From the NCBI GenBank assembly GCA_963796105.1, contig CAWCKJ010000008.1:96001-160000 (forward strand): DNA of 64,000 nucleotides, in the 5' to 3' direction. The translations under genes and the position numbers were made by a program. Of the stretch, positions 9,225-18,159 are shown piece by piece (position 1 is the first letter of the stretch; the number at the start of each line of letters is the position of its first letter). This DNA comes from a candidate division FCPU426 bacterium. Lineage in GTDB: Bacteria > Oederibacteriota > Muellerivitia > Muellerivitales > Muellerivitaceae. A model generated the notes under the pieces. That model saw nothing but the letters and a program-made list of their open reading frames with translations. It did no database searches and was not told the origin of the DNA.

Positions 9225-9248
9225 AAAAAAAGAATAAGGAGAGAGAGA

Positions 9249-10625
9249 ATGAAGAAAGGACTTTTAATGTTGCTGTTGTCCGGCATCATGGCCTTCGGAT
9301 TTTCGGTGAAAGTTTCTGCCGATACCCGCTTGGATTCCATGTCCGCCGACGTAAGGCAGGTCGATGATCTGGATATCATCTGGATGTATCCAAATAAGGT
9401 ATTGCAATACAAGGATACGGTGGATTTCCGCTTGAACAACATTCAAGGCGCCTATTCCTATGAGACCGTATGGGGTCAGGGATACGAGGAATGGGGTGGA
9501 ATACTCAAGGATACCGGTGATGCCGGAGTCTTGGGTTTATACATCAACCGTCCCTTGAATTATGGCACTGAATATGCCGGTTATGAGGGTTATTGGAACA
9601 CCACCGACAACGCCGGTGATAATAGGTTTGCCAATTATGGCTTACCCTGGACCACTCCTTGGCAATTAGCTGGTTCCAGCCCTTATTTCCCGATGCCTAC
9701 CAATAAATTCGACCTTTTCTGGGCCAAGAACGTATCAGCGGGAGACTTGGGAATTCAAGTCAACTATGCCGATGCTAATCCGAACAACACGGGTTATTGG
9801 AACGGTCAGAACCTGACGGTTTCTTCCCAGTTGATCGGCATCAACATCGGGTTGGGAACCACCTTAGGTTCCTTCAACCAAGCCAACTTTCACTTAAGCG
9901 GTGAGGTCGGTGGAATTGACAACGAGGCGATCTTTCACGAAGCCCCTGCGATGTCCTTGAAGAGCAATGGGATATGGCAATGGCAATTGGGTGGTTTGAT
10001 CCAAACCGACCTCAGCACAGATGATGTTTTGAAGTTGGCACTGGATTTGACAGCTGACCAGTTCGGCTGGGCGGCTTTTACCCAATCTGCTGGAAAAGGT
10101 TTTGAGGAAGCTGATCAGAACCAAGCCGTTACGGCTCTTGTTGGGAACATAGCCATGAACCACAAAATCAGCGGCGGCAAGGGATTGATCAACGCCGGCT
10201 TGATGTTGGGGTGGCAAGGTTATAGCGAAACTGATACGGCTGGGGATATCCTCCAAGACGATTCATGGTTTGTTTTGGCCAATATTTCGGCTGAAACACC
10301 GCTCACCAGCTGGTTGACTTGGCGTTGCGGCTTGATGAAGCCTCTCATTGATTGGGAATATACGAACTATGGAAATGGTGATCATTTCGTCAATGACCCG
10401 ACTGCCCATTATGCTTGGGGCCAGCGTAACTATTCAGTGTTCAGCACTGGCTTGGGTTTCACCGTGGAAAACTGGACTCTGGATACTCAGATGTCAGTTC
10501 AAGCGTTGGACAACCTGATCAGCGATCCGAGCTTGGGTGGTGTGTTTTATGGAACCAACACCCCTGCCGGAAATGGCTATCCCATTGTTGAAATGGTGCA
10601 GGCCGATTTGAAGTACAAGTTCTAA
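9249..10625 (+). CDS. Putative outer-membrane beta-barrel protein / porin
   Basis: AAGGAG RBS; signal peptide MKKGLLMLLLSGIMAFGFSVKVSA; Gly/Asn/aromatic-rich alternating strands; C-terminal ADLKYKF beta-signal. Confidence 0.75.
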   Translation: MKKGLLMLLLSGIMAFGFSVKVSADTRLDSMSADVRQVDDLDIIWMYPNKVLQYKDTVDFRLNNIQGAYSYETVWGQGYEEWGGILKDTGDAGVLGLYINRPLNYGTEYAGYEGYWNTTDNAGDNRFANYGLPWTTPWQLAGSSPYFPMPTNKFDLFWAKNVSAGDLGIQVNYADANPNNTGYWNGQNLTVSSQLIGINIGLGTTLGSFNQANFHLSGEVGGIDNEAIFHEAPAMSLKSNGIWQWQLGGLIQTDLSTDDVLKLALDLTADQFGWAAFTQSAGKGFEEADQNQAVTALVGNIAMNHKISGGKGLINAGLMLGWQGYSETDTAGDILQDDSWFVLANISAETPLTSWLTWRCGLMKPLIDWEYTNYGNGDHFVNDPTAHYAWGQRNYSVFSTGLGFTVENWTLDTQMSVQALDNLISDPSLGGVFYGTNTPAGNGYPIVEMVQADLKYKF

Positions 10626-10635
10626 ATTAACTTTA

Positions 10636-10672
10636 AAAAGCCCTTCTCCTTCTGGAGAAGGGCTTTTTTTTT
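10636..10672 (+). terminator. Intrinsic terminator
   Basis: GCCCTTCTCC-TTCT-GGAGAAGGGC followed by T9. Confidence 0.92.
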
Positions 10673-10748
10673 ACCCGATTGCCTATTCCGGTGGGTTCCT
10701 TTAAGATTGCCCGACGGATTGTAAATCGAGTTTTTGGAGAGTAATGGA

Positions 10749-11570
10749 ATGAACCAACGTCTTTTCTTGGTATTATTGATCTCTTTATTGTTATTCAATG
10801 TTCAATTTGCTTTTGGCCAGGATGAACCGACGCCCGCGTCCACGTCTGTTTCAACAACCGATTCTGGTACGGACTCATCTAAATTCATTACCGAAAAACA
10901 AAAACTCGAATTGGAAAAGATGAAGTTGGAAAATGAAAAACTCCAATTAGAGCTTAACCAAATCAAGTCCCAGGCCATCCAGGCCCCCACACCGGTGCCG
11001 ACCAAAAAGGAAAAGGCAGACAAGGCGGAAATCGAGGCCTTTCAATTAGATGAGTCTAAAAAAGCCGAGGCCTTGGCCAAGGACAACAAGGACAAGGAAG
11101 ATCTTTTGATTCTTGACTTAGTGAATAGCGAAGTCTGGTTCAAGGGGACAAGATATAGCCTTCACGAGGTGAATAACCTGGTTACGGACCAAGGATGGAA
11201 GATGTCGAAAAAAATCGAAGCGTATAGTTCCTGGGGCCGCCCCAGAAGGCTTTATGTTTATCAAAACTTGACCCTATTAAAATATGACGGAAATGAAAAG
11301 GGAATTGTTACCCTGTCACAACCCCAAAAAGCTGGGGACCTGCGGTTTTTAACCACCAATAATATATCTTTCGACTCCAAGAGCTCGGAGGTGAGGGACA
11401 GCTTTCCGAACCTTTTCTACAAATTTGACGGACAGGGCGAAAAGGACAAACAAAAGGTTTTGAAATATAACCATAGCCGGGGATTGAGTTTTGACGACCG
11501 CATAGAGGTTTTATTCGACCAGCAAGATAAGATGACCGAGATACGATGCGGAGTGTTGGGCGAGCGTTAA
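10749..11570 (+). CDS. Exported hypothetical protein with coiled-coil segment
   Basis: Signal peptide MNQRLFLVLLISLLLFNVQFAFG; Ser/Thr linker; heptad KLELEKMKLENEKLQLEL. Confidence 0.75.
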   Translation: MNQRLFLVLLISLLLFNVQFAFGQDEPTPASTSVSTTDSGTDSSKFITEKQKLELEKMKLENEKLQLELNQIKSQAIQAPTPVPTKKEKADKAEIEAFQLDESKKAEALAKDNKDKEDLLILDLVNSEVWFKGTRYSLHEVNNLVTDQGWKMSKKIEAYSSWGRPRRLYVYQNLTLLKYDGNEKGIVTLSQPQKAGDLRFLTTNNISFDSKSSEVRDSFPNLFYKFDGQGEKDKQKVLKYNHSRGLSFDDRIEVLFDQQDKMTEIRCGVLGER

Positions 11571-11646
11571 TATAGAATAATCCAATGAGTCAAAGCATAT
11601 GCGATGGCTATTCATCATATAACTTCATGGTAAATCAACTAATCCC

Positions 11647-12513
11647 TTAAAGTTTTTCTAAGACTAATAATCTATCTAGACCCTGAAGGTCTTGGATTAG
11701 GGTTTTCTTGAATTTTGAATCCTCGAAAAGTTGGGTTATCAATATCGCCTGTTTTGAATGCAATTCAAAACAAGCGACTCCCTTCGGTGACAAACGATTC
11801 CAAAGATCAATTTGTATTTCTTTGTACGCATTAAGACCATTCGAACCGGCGAATAACGCCACTTCCGGCTCAAATTCAGAAACTTCAGGTGAAAGTTCTT
11901 TTTTTTCACTTTCCGCTAAATACGGCGGGTTGCTGACAATCATTTTAAAGCGCTTGGGGTCTGATTCTTCCAAGGCGAAAAACCAGGAACCTTTTCTCCA
12001 GCAAATATCAGGCGTTCCTAATTGGATACTGTTTTCTTTTGCGATTTCCAAAGCCGTTTCAGAATTTTCAACAGCCCAAACCTTGCATGGAATTGATTTC
12101 GCGATGGATATGGAGATACATCCGCTGCCAGTCCCGAGGTCCAGAACAGTCCGTTCGTCCTCTGGAATTTCACACAGGAATTTAACGGCGTTTTCCACCA
12201 ATATTTCTGTTTCTGGGCGTGGAATTAAAACAGCGGGGGTCACTTTGAAATTCAAACCGTAAAATTCCCTTGTTCCGATAATGTATTGCAGAGGCTCATG
12301 ATTAGAACGGCGTTTTATCAATTCACGGATGGTGGAAAGTTCAGAGGGAACCAAAGGCCGGTCAAATTGGAGATAAACCTTAAGGCGGTCGAGCCCTAAG
12401 GCGTGAGCCACCAAGCATTCCGCGTCAAACCTGGCGTTTTCAAACCCTTTTTGCTTTAGGTAAGGGACCGCCCATTGAATGATCTTGAGGGGAGTCCAAT
12501 TCGCGTTTTCCAT
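11647..12513 (-). CDS. prmC: Release factor glutamine methyltransferase
   Basis: EPLQYIIG.REFYG, VLIPRPETE, DLGTGSG, SNPPY; downstream of prfA; likely ATG at 12513. Confidence 0.95.
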   Translation of the reverse strand: MENANWTPLKIIQWAVPYLKQKGFENARFDAECLVAHALGLDRLKVYLQFDRPLVPSELSTIRELIKRRSNHEPLQYIIGTREFYGLNFKVTPAVLIPRPETEILVENAVKFLCEIPEDERTVLDLGTGSGCISISIAKSIPCKVWAVENSETALEIAKENSIQLGTPDICWRKGSWFFALEESDPKRFKMIVSNPPYLAESEKKELSPEVSEFEPEVALFAGSNGLNAYKEIQIDLWNRLSPKGVACFELHSKQAILITQLFEDSKFKKTLIQDLQGLDRLLVLEKL

Positions 12514-12541
12514 ATTTACTCGATGAAAAAATGATAAAGAA

Positions 12542-13609
12542 TCAGTCGGCATCCACCAATTGTTCTTCCTGATAGGCGAGGCTTAAGGCATCAATAAATA
12601 CTTTAATATCCCCATCCATGATTTTATCCAGCTGATAAAGGGTTAAGCCGACACGATGGTCCGAAATGCGGTTTTGAGGATAATTGTAAGTCCGGATTTT
12701 CTCGCTCCTGTCCCCGCTACCAATTTGGGTTTTTCTGGTACTTGATATTTTCTCCTGGGATTCCGTTTCCTTTTTTTCCTTCACCCGCGCGTATAGAACC
12801 TTCATGGCCTTTGCCTTGTTTTTCAATTGGGAGCGCTCATCCTGGCATTGAACCACGAGGCCGGTGGGAATATGGGTGATCCGAACCGCGGAATAGGTGG
12901 TGTTGACGCTTTGGCCGCCAGCGCCGGAGGAACAAAAGGTGTCGATCCGAAGGTCGGCGTCCTTGATTTGGATCTCCTCCTCGTCCACTTCCGGCAATAC
13001 GGCGACAGTCGCGGCGGAGGTATGGATTCTTCCGGAAGTTTCAGTTTGGGGTATTCTTTGGACCCGATGGGTTCCGCTCTCGAAACGGAAGAGGCCGTAA
13101 GCGCCTTTGCCGATGATTGAAAAGATGATTTCCTTGAACCCGCCTATTTCCGTCGGGCTGCTGGAAATCAGCTCGGTTTTCATGCCGATTTTTTCTATGT
13201 ATTTCGAATACATCCTGAAAAGATCAGCCGCGAAAAGAGCCGCCTCATCCCCGCCGGTCCCTGCCCTGATTTCCATAATCGCGTTCTTATCCCCGGATGG
13301 ATCCTTGGGAGTGAGCAGAATTTTCAATTCGCTTTCTATTCGATTTATCCTATCGTCCAAATCGGCAAGCTCCGTTTGCGCAAGCGATTTCATTTCGGAA
13401 TCGTTTCCGGCAATTAAAAGGCGTGTGTCCTCTCTTTCCTGCTGGGCCTTTCGGTATTCCCCGATTTTTCCCATCAAGGGTCCCATGTCGGAATATTCCT
13501 TGCTTATTTTTTGGAACTCCTTGGAATTGGCCTTGTAAACCTGAGTCGTCAGCTGTCCGGATAATTCCAGGTAGCGTTGTTCCGCTTTTTTCAATTTTAT
13601 ATCAATCAT
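12542..13609 (-). CDS. prfA: Peptide chain release factor 1
   Basis: EIRAGTGGDEA, HRVQRIPQTE (PxT), GAGGQSVN, RTYNYPQNR. Confidence 0.97.
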   Translation of the reverse strand: MIDIKLKKAEQRYLELSGQLTTQVYKANSKEFQKISKEYSDMGPLMGKIGEYRKAQQEREDTRLLIAGNDSEMKSLAQTELADLDDRINRIESELKILLTPKDPSGDKNAIMEIRAGTGGDEAALFAADLFRMYSKYIEKIGMKTELISSSPTEIGGFKEIIFSIIGKGAYGLFRFESGTHRVQRIPQTETSGRIHTSAATVAVLPEVDEEEIQIKDADLRIDTFCSSGAGGQSVNTTYSAVRITHIPTGLVVQCQDERSQLKNKAKAMKVLYARVKEKKETESQEKISSTRKTQIGSGDRSEKIRTYNYPQNRISDHRVGLTLYQLDKIMDGDIKVFIDALSLAYQEEQLVDAD

Positions 13610-13656
13610 TTCATCAGCCTGTCAGGAATGGATTTTTAATTGGGGCCTAGACGAAT

Positions 13657-13689
13657 AAAAATAGTCCCAATGATCATTGGGACTATTTT
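13657..13689 (-). terminator. Hairpin/terminator between rpmE and prfA
   Basis: AAAATAGTCCCAATG-AT-CATTGGGACTATTTT inverted repeat, T-run on either strand. Confidence 0.7.
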
Positions 13690-13705
13690 ATGTTGGTGTG
13701 ATTAA

Positions 13706-14017
13706 CTATGAATTTCTATCGGCGGGAGGAGGGGCGGCCAAGCGTTTGGACTTCTTCGCGGCGGCGGCGACGGCTTTCGCTTCCTCGCGGGCTTTATGTT
13801 CGGCTTGAACAGTAGCGGCCGTCGCCGATTTTTTCTGGAATTTCTCAACCCGGCCGGCTATATCCAGGTATTTCATTTTTCCGGTGAAGAAAGGATGACA
13901 AGCCGAGCAAACCTCGACTGAATAGGCTTCGCCTTTCGTGGAGGCTGTTTCGATGACATTACCGCACGCGCAAGAGATCTTGGTCTGAAAGTATTTGGGA
14001 TGAATTCCCGGTTTCAT
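13706..14017 (-). CDS. rpmE: 50S ribosomal protein L31 (Zn-binding type, Ala/Lys-rich tail)
   Basis: [29 protein letters not shown]. Confidence 0.96.
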   Translation of the reverse strand: MKPGIHPKYFQTKISCACGNVIETASTKGEAYSVEVCSACHPFFTGKMKYLDIAGRVEKFQKKSATAATVQAEHKAREEAKAVAAAAKKSKRLAAPPPADRNS

Positions 14018-14324
14018 GGTAAAGCTCCGTATGCATTTGAATTGTTGAATTGCGTTTAACTCGCTTTAACAACAGTGGCATAGTTTATTCAAAAAACAAA
14101 AAAAATCAATATTCGATTCTAAAAGGGTTTAGACAATATAGGCGTAAAAGGGCGTAGAGCAAGCGCCTTAAAGGAATATAACATGAGGTGATGTTGTTGC
14201 CAAAATCACTTTTTGCTGAAAAGTGGCTGAATGATGATGGGAATTTCTATATAGTACTTTTGCTTTTAAACAGTATTTGATTGAAAAGCCTGTTGTTGGA
14301 TTAAATCAATAGAGGTGAAAAACG

Positions 14325-14657
14325 ATGGACACGCTTTACGCACAAACAACTTCGCCGGCTGCGGCCTCCGCGCCGGGAGCCTCATCCACGACCGCAGGGT
14401 TGATCTCTTTTTTCCCCATAGTTTTGATAATGGTATTGTTTTATTTCCTAATGATCCATCCCCAAAATAAAGAACGGAAAAAAAAGGAGGAAATGCTGAA
14501 TAATATCCAACGAGGCGACAGGGTCCTAACCAGGGGTGGAGTTTTCGCCACGGTTGCGGATATCAAAGAAAAAATTCTGATTCTTAAGATAAACGAAAAC
14601 ACGAAAATAGAAGTTGACCGTGCTTACATTGATTCAGTCCAGAAACAAGGGGTGTAA
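14325..14657 (+). CDS. yajC: Preprotein translocase subunit YajC
   Basis: FYFLMIHPQ.K..K, GD.VLT.GG, KI.VDR motifs. Confidence 0.93.
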   Translation: MDTLYAQTTSPAAASAPGASSTTAGLISFFPIVLIMVLFYFLMIHPQNKERKKKEEMLNNIQRGDRVLTRGGVFATVADIKEKILILKINENTKIEVDRAYIDSVQKQGV

Positions 14658-14913
14658 AAGCAAGTCGGATCCAAATGATAATTTAGACTTAAGGGTAAAC
14701 AACTAACCGTGTGATGGACATTCTAGTCAACAAATTAATTTTACCCAATATGAGAATTGCCTGATTTTTAAAGAATTTGTTTTATAAAATATTTTGGGCA
14801 ATGTCTGACAAAGCAAGAGTTCATGGAATTTTCTCAAATGAAAATTTGCGTTGTTATTTATTTTTAAACCGTTTGAGTTGATTTAAAGGGATTTCTTTGT
14901 TTTTAGGTTTATA

Positions 14914-16557
14914 CCTGAATTTTGCGCCTAATAAAAAAACCATCTAGGAAACCATTATAGGATAAGGGTTGCGAAGCCAACTCATCCTAAAAGAGGGTCC
15001 CCCAGATGGTGAAACGTCAAGATACGCCTCAGAAATCAAACCCGCAAGTCCAGAAAAAAGCCAATCGAAACGGGAGAATCGCGCCCAAGATTACGGCCAA
15101 TACTCCCGTAGGTATTTGCGAAGACCGCCTAACAGCTTTTGGCGGATTGTTGGCATTGGCGAAGATGTTCGACCTTCTTGATTTTGAGCGGGAATTCAAA
15201 AAACACTATGCCGCACCTAAACGCCTTCCGAATTTGGGCCACTACCGGATGGTAAGCGGCATCCTAATGCTTCTTTTCATCGGGTTCCAAAGACTTGGCC
15301 ATTTTGCCTACCTGCGGGGTGAGGTCATGCTGTGCGGTTTACTGCGGGTTCCCTTGTTGCCGGTAGTGACAACTTTTTGGAGATACCTGAGGTCGCTGGG
15401 GATCGGGCAGTCGGCATCGTTGCTGAATCTGAGTGGGGCGTTACGGGCCAAGGTTTGGGGACAGGTGAAATATGCCCCCAAGAAGGTGGAGATCAACATC
15501 GATACCACCACCGCAACGGTCTACGGAAATATCGAGGGAAGCCGAAAAGGATACAACCCCAAGCACCGGGGCAAGAAGGGACTGAGGCCCATTCTGTGTT
15601 TTCTCCAGGAAACCCGGGAATATTTGTGCGGAACCCAAAGACGCGGAACCACCCTTAGTTCTGAGGAAGTGGCCCGCCAAATTAGACAATTCCGGCGACT
15701 CTTGCCGTCCTGTGTCCGGACGATTCTGGTGCGCGGTGACGGTGAAATGATCGGCTGGGAAAGCGTGAAAGCCTGTGAAAAAGAAGGGTTTTCTTTCATC
15801 TTCGGGAACAAGCGGCATGACCCGCCTTTCACGAAAAAGGGTTGGTACCGCCATGGAGAACACGAATACAACGAATGTGTCCATCAACCCATAGGCTGGC
15901 AACAACCAGTCCGGTTTGTGGCGATGAGGACGCTGGATGAAAAAGCGCGGGAGAAACAATTGAGCCTTCCTGAAATGGAAGGATATGTCTACCGAATCTT
16001 CGCGACCAACTGTCTGGGAGCACCCCATCGGGTGGTTGAGGAATACGACCTGCGCGCGGATGTGGAAAACCTGATTGGTGAGGCGCAACGGGAGGGGTTA
16101 TTAGCAATTCCCTCTAAGAGTTTCCAAAGCCACCATGCTTTTTTCCAGATCGTGATGCTGGCTTACAACCTCTGGAGGTGGATGAAACTAATGGTGGGCC
16201 ATTGTGGAAAAGAAAAGCGACCGGGAAAGAAGCCACAGGAGAAGGAACAGATCACCATGCCGGACCATACCCTTCGGATCGCACGTTTGAAGATGCTCTT
16301 TGTAGCCGCCCGAATCCAGTATCACGGCCATCGGGATGTGGTGAGGTATTCAATCCATGATGATAGGACAGCGGGCCTATTGGGTTTCCTCAAATACCTT
16401 GATCGAAAACGATTGGAAAGACCCAGGGCGGCCTAGAAGTGGCTTGGTGCAAAAAATTCTTTGCACATAAGTTCACTTCTGATGAAAATGGCCACTGTCG
16501 GGTCCCGATTCAGGCCGATCTGGCCACGGAATCGGTAAACTCGGTGCAAAATTCAGG
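14914..16557 (+). mobile_element. IS1380-family element, copy 1 (1644 bp)
   Basis: IR CCTGAATTTTGCGCC / GGTGCAAAATTCAGG; 5-bp target duplication TTATA; second copy at 61762-63405. Confidence 0.93.
15006..16436 (+). CDS. IS1380-family DDE transposase
   Basis: LTAFGGL, NIDTT...YG..EG...GYN, VRGD, Y..RA.VEN.I.E, LAYNL motifs. Confidence 0.9.
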   Translation: MVKRQDTPQKSNPQVQKKANRNGRIAPKITANTPVGICEDRLTAFGGLLALAKMFDLLDFEREFKKHYAAPKRLPNLGHYRMVSGILMLLFIGFQRLGHFAYLRGEVMLCGLLRVPLLPVVTTFWRYLRSLGIGQSASLLNLSGALRAKVWGQVKYAPKKVEINIDTTTATVYGNIEGSRKGYNPKHRGKKGLRPILCFLQETREYLCGTQRRGTTLSSEEVARQIRQFRRLLPSCVRTILVRGDGEMIGWESVKACEKEGFSFIFGNKRHDPPFTKKGWYRHGEHEYNECVHQPIGWQQPVRFVAMRTLDEKAREKQLSLPEMEGYVYRIFATNCLGAPHRVVEEYDLRADVENLIGEAQREGLLAIPSKSFQSHHAFFQIVMLAYNLWRWMKLMVGHCGKEKRPGKKPQEKEQITMPDHTLRIARLKMLFVAARIQYHGHRDVVRYSIHDDRTAGLLGFLKYLDRKRLERPRAA

Positions 16558-16620
16558 TTATAATTAATATATGAAAAAGCGAATATTGAATGTCCTTCTA
16601 AAAAAACGGAAAAGTGAATT

Positions 16621-17160
16621 ATGAATGAAATTATGACCGCCCAGGAATTATCGGCTTACCTTAAAATCACTACTACAACCATTTATAAATTGGCACAGCA
16701 GGGCGTGATTCCCGCTTTTAAAATTGGAAGTGAATGGCGGTTTAAAAAAGAATTAATTGATCGTTGGCTTGAGAAAGGGATCGGGACTAATCAAAAAAAA
16801 GTTTTGGTTGTGGATGATGAAACGGCCATTTGCGAATTGTTTTTGAGGGCGTTGGATAAAAAGAGTTATTCCGTGGACATGGCGCATTCTGGCCTAGAGG
16901 CTATCACCGCAGCCTCCCGAATTTCCTATGATTTTATTTTCCTGGATTTAAAAATGCTCGGCATGAATGGGGTGGAAGTATTCAAGGAAATCAAAAAACT
17001 AAATTTAAGATCCCTCGTTGTAATTGTGACTGCTTACCCGGATAGCGAACTTCTTGTGGAAGCCATGAAACTAGGACCTCTTACTGTTGTTTTAAAGCCT
17101 TTTGACCTTTCTGAAATTCAAAGATCAGTTGAATCTTTGGTTTTGATGACCTCCCGATAA
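16621..17160 (+). CDS. Excisionase-like HTH fused to a response-regulator receiver domain
   Basis: IMT..ELS.YLKI...TIYKLA..G.IPAFKIG.EWRF plus VLVVDD, FLDLKM, VTAY, KPF. Confidence 0.88.
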   Translation: MNEIMTAQELSAYLKITTTTIYKLAQQGVIPAFKIGSEWRFKKELIDRWLEKGIGTNQKKVLVVDDETAICELFLRALDKKSYSVDMAHSGLEAITAASRISYDFIFLDLKMLGMNGVEVFKEIKKLNLRSLVVIVTAYPDSELLVEAMKLGPLTVVLKPFDLSEIQRSVESLVLMTSR

Positions 17161-17231
17161 ATTCCTGGATAATAGATGTTCCGTTTTTTCTGCCTTTTTA
17201 GACCAAACCCCAACAAGGAATAATTGCAGTG

Positions 17232-17252
17232 TTTTCAGGAATTTCCTGAAAA
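17232..17252. promoter_or_regulatory. Perfect palindrome, possible operator
   Basis: TTTTCAGGAA-T-TTCCTGAAAA in the intergenic region upstream of coaE. Confidence 0.35.
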
Positions 17253-17436
17253 AAATATATGATTAATAAAAAAGTGGAATATATTTGTACTGGGGAGGCT
17301 TTTTAATGATTTTAAATTATGTTTCTATGGTTGTTTAGAAATTTAGAAAATCAAATAATAAAATTAAGAATTTAATATTATTTTACTTTAAGGTTTGGAA
17401 TGTTTTCGTTGTTAAAAGGCATAGGAAAAACAGAAT

Positions 17437-18159
17437 ATGAAACATCAGACACATTCGAAATCAATTTCCGGATTTAGGAGAGTCAACCATAAGGGCTTGA
17501 TTTCTCCATGCCTAATAGGGTTGACAGGAGGATTGAGTGCTGGAAAAAGTCTTGCTTTAAACATAATTAAATCCAAGGGAATCCCAACTCTCCAAACGGA
17601 TACGATAGGACATGATTGTTTAAAAAATGATAAAACAATAAATCAAATTACTAAGAGGTTAGGCAAAGGAATACTTGATTCCCGTCATGGGATTGATCGG
17701 CAAAAACTTGCGAAGTTGGTTTTTAATCATCCTAGCAAACTGCGAATTTTAAACCACTTATTACATCCTTTGATTATGAAAAAAGTCGAAAGATGGCTTG
17801 CGGAATTGACCACAAACAAAAAGAAGCCTTTTACCGCAGTGGTAGAAATACCCCTTTTATTCGAGTGTGGGTATGAACGAATTTTTGACGGTGTATTAAG
17901 CGTTTCCGCCTCGAAAATCACTCGACATAAGCGCTTTAATGCGAAAAAAAGTACAATGGGCGATATTACGAAAAGGGAGAAATCGCAATGGGCCCAAAAC
18001 AGAAAGAATAATAAAGCGAATTGGGTGATTTTCAACAATGGATCCCGGAATGCTTTAAAATATTCAATACTTGAATGGTTGAGAACGATTCGGTCTCTTG
18101 CTGAACAGCAATTTCCTTACGGGGTTTTTACCGCAAGGAAATATTTCGGGAAAAAATAA
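17437..18159 (+). CDS. coaE: Dephospho-CoA kinase
   Basis: IGLTGGLSAGKS, IDR.KLA.LVF, L...LHP, EIPLLFE, I.NNG; start uncertain. Confidence 0.9.
   Translation: MKHQTHSKSISGFRRVNHKGLISPCLIGLTGGLSAGKSLALNIIKSKGIPTLQTDTIGHDCLKNDKTINQITKRLGKGILDSRHGIDRQKLAKLVFNHPSKLRILNHLLHPLIMKKVERWLAELTTNKKKPFTAVVEIPLLFECGYERIFDGVLSVSASKITRHKRFNAKKSTMGDITKREKSQWAQNRKNNKANWVIFNNGSRNALKYSILEWLRTIRSLAEQQFPYGVFTARKYFGKK

Noticed and set aside
8911..9248. tmRNA, RNase P, SRP, 6S or cobalamin/TPP/c-di-GMP riboswitch
   Set aside because: None of their signature motifs were found by eye
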